Shown here: positions 6,538 to 12,717 of the stretch, in pieces
How positions within the stretch are numbered: the stretch's first letter is position 1
Layout of the letters: every line of letters begins with the position of its first letter
Source of the DNA: PVC group bacterium
GTDB lineage: Bacteria > GCA-001730085 > JADFSZ01
Length of the DNA stretch: 15,558 nucleotides
Direction of reading: 5' to 3'
NCBI GenBank assembly: GCA_022560555.1
Contig: JADFSZ010000017.1
Span: 1 to 15,558, forward strand
Notes under the pieces: generated by a model
What the model was told of the DNA's origin: nothing
Databases searched by the model: none
Seen by the model: the letters and a program-made list of their open reading frames with translations, nothing else
Position numbers and translations under genes: made by a program

Positions 6538-7539
6538 ATGCCAAAAGACTTAAATGTAACTATACTTGGTGCAGGGAGTTGGGGAACAACTTTGGCTGTT
6601 CATTTAGATCGCAAAGGTTGTTCGGTAAAGTTGTGGGAAGCTTTTGACGATTACGCGCAAATTCTTATTGAAACACGTGTAAATGAAAAATATTTGCCGA
6701 ACACTACCATAGCCCCAAACATTGAGATTACTTCGGTGCTCGAGAATGTTATTCCTGAAGCTGATGTTATTGTTGTTGCGATTCCGACTCAATATGTTCG
6801 AAATGTTTTTACGAGCGTAAAGGAAAAGTTTGATTCGATTAAGGCGATGATTGTTAGTGTGTCCAAGGGGATTGAGGTCAAAAGCCTTAAGAGGATTTCT
6901 GAGATGACGAGCGAATTTTATCCGGATCTCGACTTTGTTGTTCTTTCAGGGCCGAGTCATGCGGAAGAAGTTAGTCGTAGAATTCCGACAAGTGTTGTGG
7001 CTGCGTCCAAAAATCAGGAGGCGGCCAAGATTGTTCAAGAACTGTTTATGGATGATTACTTCCGGGTTTATACCAATAAGGATGTTGTTGGTGTAGAACT
7101 AGGCGGAAGCTTAAAAAACGTGATTGCTTTGGCATGCGGCATTTCTGATGGGTTAGGATTTGGGGACAATTCCAGGGCCGCTCTCATCACAAGGGGCCTA
7201 GCCGAGATGACCCGGCTGGCTGGCGCCCTCGGTGCGGATCGAAAAACTTTGTCAGGCTTAGCCGGCGTCGGAGACCTCATTGTAACTTGTAACAGTGAAC
7301 ATAGTCGAAACAGGAGAGTCGGCCGCGCTATTGGAGAGGGCAAAACATTAACAGATATTTTGACGCACATGAACATGATCGCTGAAGGGGTTGAAACATC
7401 AAAATCGGTCAAGCGTTTGGGCGAAAAATTGGGTGTAGAAATGCCTATTTGCGAACAAGTGTATCAGGTTTTATTTAATCATAAGGACCCGCATATTGCC
7501 GTGCGTGAGTTGATGTTAAGGGATCCAAAGGAAGAGTAA
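6538..7539 (+). CDS. gpsA: NAD(P)H-dependent glycerol-3-phosphate dehydrogenase.
   Basis: Rossmann motif ILGAGSWGTTLA at the N-terminus. Family motifs LSGPSHAEEV, GSLKNVIALACGISDGLGFGDN, LITRGLAEMTRL, GLAGVGDLIVTC, SRNRRVG, AEGVETSK. The track starts the ORF at TTG 6532; I prefer ATG 6538. Either is possible. Confidence 0.93.
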   Translation: MPKDLNVTILGAGSWGTTLAVHLDRKGCSVKLWEAFDDYAQILIETRVNEKYLPNTTIAPNIEITSVLENVIPEADVIVVAIPTQYVRNVFTSVKEKFDSIKAMIVSVSKGIEVKSLKRISEMTSEFYPDLDFVVLSGPSHAEEVSRRIPTSVVAASKNQEAAKIVQELFMDDYFRVYTNKDVVGVELGGSLKNVIALACGISDGLGFGDNSRAALITRGLAEMTRLAGALGADRKTLSGLAGVGDLIVTCNSEHSRNRRVGRAIGEGKTLTDILTHMNMIAEGVETSKSVKRLGEKLGVEMPICEQVYQVLFNHKDPHIAVRELMLRDPKEE

Positions 7540-7559
7540 AGCAAGTTTCAAAGTCTCCG

Positions 7560-7595
7560 GTTTCCAGTTTTTGATCAAAGCTTGTAACTGGAAAC
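7560..7595 (+). terminator. Hairpin between gpsA and tRNA-Pro. It could be a weak terminator or a tRNA 5'-processing structure.
   Basis: GTTTCCAGTT (7560-7569) pairs with AACTGGAAAC (7586-7595): a 10-bp stem and a 16-nt loop containing the palindrome TTGATCAA. It is followed by gatgTTTT. The large loop makes a terminator call uncertain. Confidence 0.3.
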
Positions 7596-7604
7596 GATGT
7601 TTTC

Positions 7605-7678
7605 CGGGGCGTAGCGCAGCTTGGTAGCGCGCACCCTTGGGGTGGGTGAGGTCGCTGGTTCAAATCCAGTCGTCCCGA
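7605..7678 (+). tRNA. tRNA-Pro, anticodon GGG.
   Basis: Hand-folded cloverleaf. Acceptor CGGGGCG/CGTCCCG (one G-U). D arm GCGC-AGCTTGGTA-GCGC. Anticodon arm CACCC-TTGGGGT-GGGTG (anticodon GGG). Variable AGGTC. T arm GCTGG-TTCAAAT-CCAGT. Discriminator A. 74 nt, 3' CCA not encoded. Confidence 0.9.
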
Positions 7679-7729
7679 TATTTTAAGTCCAGAGTGTTGA
7701 GTTCGGAGTAAAAACAAAGTGAGAGAACC

Positions 7730-9016
7730 ATGGAAGAAATTAAAATAGGGCTTTTAGGCTTAGGCACGGTCGGAAAAGGGGTCGTTAAACTCCTTGAGCA
7801 GAGCGCGACTGTTATTGAGCAACGCTTAGGCAAAAAGATCGTCTTAAAGAAAGTCGCGATTAAAGATCTTAAAAAAGAGCGTGACGTGTTTTTGCCCGAA
7901 GGAGTTTTAACGGATCAGGCCGAAGACGTTGTGAATGATCCGGAAATATCGATCGTTATTGAATTGATTGGGGGGACAGACGCTGCTAAGAAACTCACTC
8001 TCAAGGCTCTCAAAAATAAAAAGCATGTTGTAACGGCTAATAAAGCGCTCATCGCGGAAGAAGGTGACGTGGTTATTAAGACCGCTCTGGATCATAAGGT
8101 CGCTTATATGTTTGAGGCGAGTGTTGGCGGAGGAATCCCCATATTGAGATCTCTGAGGGATGGGTTGGTTGCCAACCGGACAGAATCTATTTATGGAATT
8201 ATTAATGGGACGGCAAATTATATTTTGTCGAAAATGTCAGACGAGGGAATTGAATTTGATCAGGCCTTGAAAGAGGCGAAAGAAAAAGGGTATGCTGAAG
8301 CGGATCCCAGCCTCGATATAGATGGGATTGATTCGGCGCATAAGCTCAAAATTTTGACACTTCTCGGATTTGGACTTAAAGTAAATATGAATGATATCTT
8401 CGTTCAGGGTATTCGAAATATTACCTTAAGCGATATCGTTTATGCTGAAGAATTAGGCTACAAAATAAAGTTGTTAGCGATCGCTAAAGAGATTGGCGTG
8501 GAAATAGAAGTCCGGGTGCATCCGACCTTGATTCCCGAGGATCATCTGCTTGCGGCCGTGAATGATGTGTATAACGCGATTTGCGTGACCGGGAACGCTG
8601 CCGGACAAAATATCTTTTTGGGATTAGGTGCCGGAGATATGCCGACAGCAAGCGCGGTATTAAGTGATGTGATAGAAATCGCTCGTGATCCCACGCGGAG
8701 TTTTCATGAGCATATGCCAATGGTGAATACACTCAAGTCTATTCGCAAAATTGACGAAGTGATCTCGAAATATTATATTCGATTGTCAGTCGTTGATCAG
8801 CCCGGAGTATTATCCGGAATTGCCAATATTTTAGGTGAGCACAATATCAGCATTGCGTCCGTCATTCAAAAAGAACGTAATGTGGGGGATACGGTTCCGC
8901 TGATTATGATGACGCATGAGGCCAAGGAACACGAAATTTGCCAAGCCATGGACGTGATTGACCGCTTACCGGTTGTTGATCGCAAAAGCATGGTTATTCG
9001 GGTCGAAATGATCTAG
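7730..9016 (+). CDS. hom: Homoserine dehydrogenase with C-terminal ACT regulatory domain.
   Basis: N-terminal NAD(P) motif IGLLGLGTVGKGV. Catalytic-domain motifs VVTANKALIA, FEASVGGGIPIL, INGTANYILSKM, AEADPSLDIDGIDSAHKL. C-terminal ACT-like YYIRLSVVDQPGVLSGIANILGEHNISIASVIQ. Confidence 0.93.
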   Translation: MEEIKIGLLGLGTVGKGVVKLLEQSATVIEQRLGKKIVLKKVAIKDLKKERDVFLPEGVLTDQAEDVVNDPEISIVIELIGGTDAAKKLTLKALKNKKHVVTANKALIAEEGDVVIKTALDHKVAYMFEASVGGGIPILRSLRDGLVANRTESIYGIINGTANYILSKMSDEGIEFDQALKEAKEKGYAEADPSLDIDGIDSAHKLKILTLLGFGLKVNMNDIFVQGIRNITLSDIVYAEELGYKIKLLAIAKEIGVEIEVRVHPTLIPEDHLLAAVNDVYNAICVTGNAAGQNIFLGLGAGDMPTASAVLSDVIEIARDPTRSFHEHMPMVNTLKSIRKIDEVISKYYIRLSVVDQPGVLSGIANILGEHNISIASVIQKERNVGDTVPLIMMTHEAKEHEICQAMDVIDRLPVVDRKSMVIRVEMI

Positions 9017-9060
9017 AGACCGTAATTTGTAAATCATAAATTGTAAATAGTAAGTGGGTA

Positions 9061-10122
9061 ATGGTAATGAAAAAAGGAATTATACACACATACCGGGAAT
9101 ATTTACCGGTGACAGATCAAACACCCGTAATATCGCTGCAAGAGGGGGGGACTCCCTTGATTCACGCGAAAAACTTGAGTGCTCAGCTAAAATCTCCCTT
9201 GTCGGTATATCTCAAATGTGAGGGGATGAATCCGTCAGGATCATTTAAAGATCGCGGGATGACGCTGGCTGTATCTAAAGCGCTCGAGAAGGGAGCCAAG
9301 GCTGTGATGTGTGCGTCTACAGGGAATACATCGGCATCAGCCGCGGCATATGCCGCGAAATCAGGCATAAAGTGTGTGGTGATTATTCCGGAGGGAAATA
9401 TCGCTTTAGGGAAATTGTCGCAAGCTCTCGTTCATGGGGCGCAAGTCATTTCCATTAAGGGCAACTTTGACGATGCTTTACGGATTGCCCGGGAAGTTAC
9501 CGGAGGGTTTCCTATTGAATTGGTCAATTCAATTAATCCGTATCGCATTGAAGGGCAAAAAACCGGAGCATTTGAAATCTGTGATCAATTGGGGAAAGCA
9601 CCGGATTATCATGTTTTACCGGTAGGAAACGCCGGCAATATTACGGCTTATTGGAAGGGATATAAAGAGTATCGTGACAAAGGACGTATTAAAGAATTGC
9701 CTGTCATGCTGGGATTCCAATCGGCGGGAGCGGCTCCGATCGTGTTGGGTAAAGTTGTAAAAAACCCCCGGACCATTGCAACGGCGATTCGTATCGGGAA
9801 CCCTGCCGGTTGGAAACAGGCCGAAGAGGCCCGGGATGAATCAAAAGGATTGATTGATTCCGTAACGGATGATGAAATTATTGAAGCATACAAATTATTA
9901 GCAAAGTCAGAAGGTGTGTTTTGTGAACCGGCATCAGCCGCCGCGGTTGCCGGAATAATCAAGAAAGATCGTGAGGGCTATTTCGGTAGTGAACGTAAAA
10001 CGGCTGTGGCTGTTCTGACGGGACATGGATTGAAAGATCCCGATCGCGCGATAGGAGTATCCGAATTACCGGTAAGTCTCGCCGCGAATGTGGAGACGAT
10101 AGCGCAAGCGATCGGTTTTTAA
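9061..10122 (+). CDS. thrC: Threonine synthase (short form, PLP-dependent).
   Basis: [27 protein letters not shown]-lysine motif [44 protein letters not shown]. The start could be ATG 9061 or ATG 9067 (MVMKK); the GTGGG purine patch is better spaced for 9067. Confidence 0.93.
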   Translation: MVMKKGIIHTYREYLPVTDQTPVISLQEGGTPLIHAKNLSAQLKSPLSVYLKCEGMNPSGSFKDRGMTLAVSKALEKGAKAVMCASTGNTSASAAAYAAKSGIKCVVIIPEGNIALGKLSQALVHGAQVISIKGNFDDALRIAREVTGGFPIELVNSINPYRIEGQKTGAFEICDQLGKAPDYHVLPVGNAGNITAYWKGYKEYRDKGRIKELPVMLGFQSAGAAPIVLGKVVKNPRTIATAIRIGNPAGWKQAEEARDESKGLIDSVTDDEIIEAYKLLAKSEGVFCEPASAAAVAGIIKKDREGYFGSERKTAVAVLTGHGLKDPDRAIGVSELPVSLAANVETIAQAIGF

Positions 10123-10148
10123 AATCAATTATTTAAGGAGTACGGGTT

Positions 10149-11360
10149 ATGAAATATGTGGTTGTCGTACCGGATGGAATGGCAGATCATCCCTTAGAGG
10201 AGTTTGATAACAAGACGCCGTTAGAAATCGCGCGGACGCCGAATATGGATCGTTTAGCGGCCGATGGAATTGTCGGACGCGTGAAGACTGTTCCTGACGC
10301 CTTGGAGCCGGGAAGTGACGTGGCCAATTTATCGATATTGGGATATGATCCGTTAAAATATTATTCAGGGCGCGGGCCGCTGGAAGCGGCCAGTATGGGA
10401 ATCTTTCTCGGGGATGAGGATGTGGCTTTTCGATGCAACTTTGTCACGACTTCTGACGATAAGTTAACAGATTACAGCGCGGGACATATTTCGACCCCGG
10501 AAGCCGAGAAATTGATAGATGTTCTGAATCAACATCTTTCCAATGCTGGCCTCAAGTTTTATCCCGGAGTCGGATACCGCCATTTGATGGTGATGAATGA
10601 CCCCGATGGGATGTTTGAGGTCAAGTCTGTAAAAAGTTATCCTCCGCACAACCATATGGGGAAAAATATCCGGAAGTTGTTCTCGAGATCTAAAGGCGGG
10701 AAAATAATTCGTGATATTGTTTTGAAATCACGCGAAATTCTTGATGGGCACGAAATCAACGCCACGCGAATTGATTTGGGGGAAAACCCCGCGAATCTTA
10801 TTTGGCTTTGGGGTCAGGGAAAAAAACCCGCCATGCCGCTTTTTTACAAAAAGTATGGTGTGAATGGAGCTGTGATTTCTGCCGTTGATCTGATTAAGGG
10901 AATCGCGAAGTGTATTGGATTGACGTCCATTGATGTTCCGGGAGCCACGGGATATTATGATACGGATTACGCGGCTAAAGCGAGCTATGGCATTGAATCT
11001 CTCAAAGAAAACGATTTTCTTTTTTTGCATATTGAAGCGCCGGATGAGGCCGGACATAACGGAGATTTGCAGGCAAAGATCACCGCTATCGAAAATATTG
11101 ATTCGAAGATTTTAGGTCCGCTTCTTAAGGCGCTTGATAAACACGGAGAATATCGGATTGTTGTATTGCCGGATCATCCTACACCGGTCATGCTTAGATG
11201 CCATACGCATGAGCCTGTGCCCTTTGTGCTTTACGGAACGGATTTTGAATCAAACGGGATAGGTGTTTACAGTGAAAAAGCGTCCGAAAAAAGTTTCCAG
11301 AACTATGAATCCGGTCCGGAACTATTGATGGCATTGTTTGGAAAAATAAAGAAGCCGTAA
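10149..11360 (+). CDS. apgM: Archaeal-type cofactor-independent phosphoglycerate mutase family protein (ApgM-like, alkaline-phosphatase superfamily metalloenzyme). From gene context it may be a non-canonical homoserine kinase.
   Basis: Good SD (AAGGAG, 9-nt spacing). Metal and nucleophile motifs of the family: VVVPDGMADHP, PGSDVANLSILGYDP, AFRCNFVT, LFLHIEAPDEAGHNGD, VVLPDHPTP. Length of about 400 aa is typical of ApgM. Confidence 0.85.
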   Translation: MKYVVVVPDGMADHPLEEFDNKTPLEIARTPNMDRLAADGIVGRVKTVPDALEPGSDVANLSILGYDPLKYYSGRGPLEAASMGIFLGDEDVAFRCNFVTTSDDKLTDYSAGHISTPEAEKLIDVLNQHLSNAGLKFYPGVGYRHLMVMNDPDGMFEVKSVKSYPPHNHMGKNIRKLFSRSKGGKIIRDIVLKSREILDGHEINATRIDLGENPANLIWLWGQGKKPAMPLFYKKYGVNGAVISAVDLIKGIAKCIGLTSIDVPGATGYYDTDYAAKASYGIESLKENDFLFLHIEAPDEAGHNGDLQAKITAIENIDSKILGPLLKALDKHGEYRIVVLPDHPTPVMLRCHTHEPVPFVLYGTDFESNGIGVYSEKASEKSFQNYESGPELLMALFGKIKKP

Positions 11361-11384
11361 ATTTACGAATTACAGGTTTTTGAA

Positions 11385-12605
11385 ATGAGTTTAATTGTTC
11401 AAAAATACGGAGGGACATCTGTTGGTACTGCCGACAGGATCAAGGCTGTTGCGAAGAGAATCGTTGAGACGAAAGAGCAAGGACATGATGTGATTGTTGT
11501 TGTGTCAGCGATGGGAAAAACGACGGATCAATTGATCTCTTTAGCCAAACAGATTACGGAGTATCCAAACCCGAGAGAAATGGATATGCTCTTATCCACC
11601 GGAGAGCAGATCTCAATCTCTTTGTTAGCGATGGCTCTGCATGATTTGGGACAAAAGGCCACGTCGCTGACAGGAGCGCAAATCGGACTTTTGACAGATA
11701 ATGTTCACACAAAGGCTAAAATTGTGGGAATGAAACCGGATAAGATTATCCAATTACTTGAACAAGGCCACATTATTATTGTCGCCGGATTTCAGGGGAT
11801 GACACCCGACTTTGATGTTACAACTTTGGGTCGAGGTGGGTCGGATACTTCGGCTGTTGCTGTTGCGTCAATTCTCAAAGCCGAGAGATGTGTGATCTAT
11901 ACAGATGTTGACGGAATTTATACGGCCGATCCCCGATATGTTCCCAAAGCCCGAAAATTAAAAATGATTTCGTACGGAGAAATGCTGGAACTTGCGAGTT
12001 TGGGCGCAAAAGTGATGAGTTCACGCTCCATTGAATTTGGCAAAAAATACGGTGTGCCCATTGTTGTCCGGTCGAGTTTTAATGACGAAGACGGGACTGT
12101 AATCACCGAGGAGGGAGAACGTATGGAAGACGTTGTTGTAACAGGAGTTGCACTGGACAAAGATGAAGCAAAAATAACGATTCAGCAGGTTTCGGATCAG
12201 CCGGGTATCGCGGCCCGGATTTTTAGAGTTTTGGCGGATGAAGGCATTAATATTGATATGATTGTACAGAACATCAGTGATAAGGGGCTAACGGATGTGT
12301 CGTTTACGACACCTGTAGCTGAGCTTAAAAAGGCTATTTCTGTCTCTGAGAAAATCGTGAAAGATATTGGGGCCAGCCGTGTGGTTTCTAACGACAAAAT
12401 CGCGAAGTTGTCCGTGATTGGTGCCGGTATGCGGAGTCATCCCGGTGTGGCCGCCGATATGTTTGAAGCTTTGGCTGAGGAAAAAATTAATATTGAAATG
12501 ATCACGACATCCGAGATACGGATTTCCTGTGTGATATCCGAGGAAGATGCCGAACGGGCGGCACGGGCCGTTCATACTAAATTTAAACTGGACCGTGAAG
12601 GATAA
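11385..12605 (+). CDS. lysC: Aspartate kinase, monofunctional class with two C-terminal ACT domains.
   Basis: IVQKYGGTSVG, VVVVSAMGKTTDQL, GFQG...TTLGRGGSDTSAVAVA, IYTDVDGIYTADPR, EMLELASLGAKVM. ACT repeats: ISDQPGIAARIFRVLADEGINIDMIVQN and MRSHPGVAADMFEALAEEKINIEMITTSE. Confidence 0.93.
   Translation: MSLIVQKYGGTSVGTADRIKAVAKRIVETKEQGHDVIVVVSAMGKTTDQLISLAKQITEYPNPREMDMLLSTGEQISISLLAMALHDLGQKATSLTGAQIGLLTDNVHTKAKIVGMKPDKIIQLLEQGHIIIVAGFQGMTPDFDVTTLGRGGSDTSAVAVASILKAERCVIYTDVDGIYTADPRYVPKARKLKMISYGEMLELASLGAKVMSSRSIEFGKKYGVPIVVRSSFNDEDGTVITEEGERMEDVVVTGVALDKDEAKITIQQVSDQPGIAARIFRVLADEGINIDMIVQNISDKGLTDVSFTTPVAELKKAISVSEKIVKDIGASRVVSNDKIAKLSVIGAGMRSHPGVAADMFEALAEEKINIEMITTSEIRISCVISEEDAERAARAVHTKFKLDREG
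12123..12605 (+). CDS. lysC: Putative in-frame internal translation product of lysC: an aspartokinase beta subunit of 160 aa containing the ACT domains only.
   Basis: Strong internal SD GGAGGG (12110-12115) lies 7 nt before in-frame ATG 12123 (Met247). The product would begin MEDVVVTGVALDKDEAKITI..., which is the position where the beta subunits of Corynebacterium and Bacillus aspartokinases begin (MEEAVLTGVATDKSEAKVTV... in C. glutamicum, from memory). Confidence 0.45.
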   Translation: MEDVVVTGVALDKDEAKITIQQVSDQPGIAARIFRVLADEGINIDMIVQNISDKGLTDVSFTTPVAELKKAISVSEKIVKDIGASRVVSNDKIAKLSVIGAGMRSHPGVAADMFEALAEEKINIEMITTSEIRISCVISEEDAERAARAVHTKFKLDREG

Positions 12606-12610
12606 AATGC

Positions 12611-12705
12611 ATTTTTAGTGAAGATATTTTTTAATGAAAAATATTTTCAATGAAACAATAGTTTTAATGAGAAAATAGTTTTAGTGAAATTTTTTTTAAT
12701 AAACA
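12611..12705 (+). repeat. Six tandem copies, 15-17 bp period, of an AT-rich unit (A)ATAKTTTTA[A/G]TGAAA in the lysC-cimA intergenic region.
   Basis: Core A[A/G]TGA at 12617, 12633, 12649, 12666 and 12683, plus a degenerate AATAA at 12698 (spacings 16, 16, 17, 17, 15). Units: atttttAGTGAag / atattttttAATGAaaa / atattttcAATGAaac / aatagttttAATGAgaa / aatagttttAGTGAaat / tttttttAATAAac. Confidence 0.8.
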
Positions 12706-12717
12706 CGGAAACATTAT

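Noticed and set aside
6604-7412. Minus-strand ORFs 6604..6792 and 7068..7412 inside gpsA.
   Set aside because: They are antisense to a well-supported gpsA frame and have no motifs.
7475-7717. Minus-strand ORF of 80 aa spanning the gpsA 3' end and the intergenic region.
   Set aside because: It runs antisense straight through the tRNA-Pro gene (7605-7678) and the end of gpsA. It is explained by the tRNA, not by a protein.
12604-12615. 12-nt perfect palindrome AAAATGCATTTT overlapping the lysC stop codon.
   Set aside because: It has no loop and so cannot form a stable hairpin. It is AT-rich and short enough to be chance. It is noted only as a possible minor protein-binding site.
12634-12678. 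A 14-codon mini-ORF (MKNIFNETIVLMRK) in the lysC-cimA spacer as an Ile/Leu/Val attenuation leader peptide.
   Set aside because: Only 4 of 14 codons are branched-chain and none are consecutive. There is no SD and no downstream terminator/antiterminator hairpins. The ATG is just the repeat core AATGA.
12611-12705. CRISPR-like array.
   Set aside because: The units are only 15-17 bp and contiguous, with no unique spacers. They are AT-rich and degenerate, and no cas genes are present.
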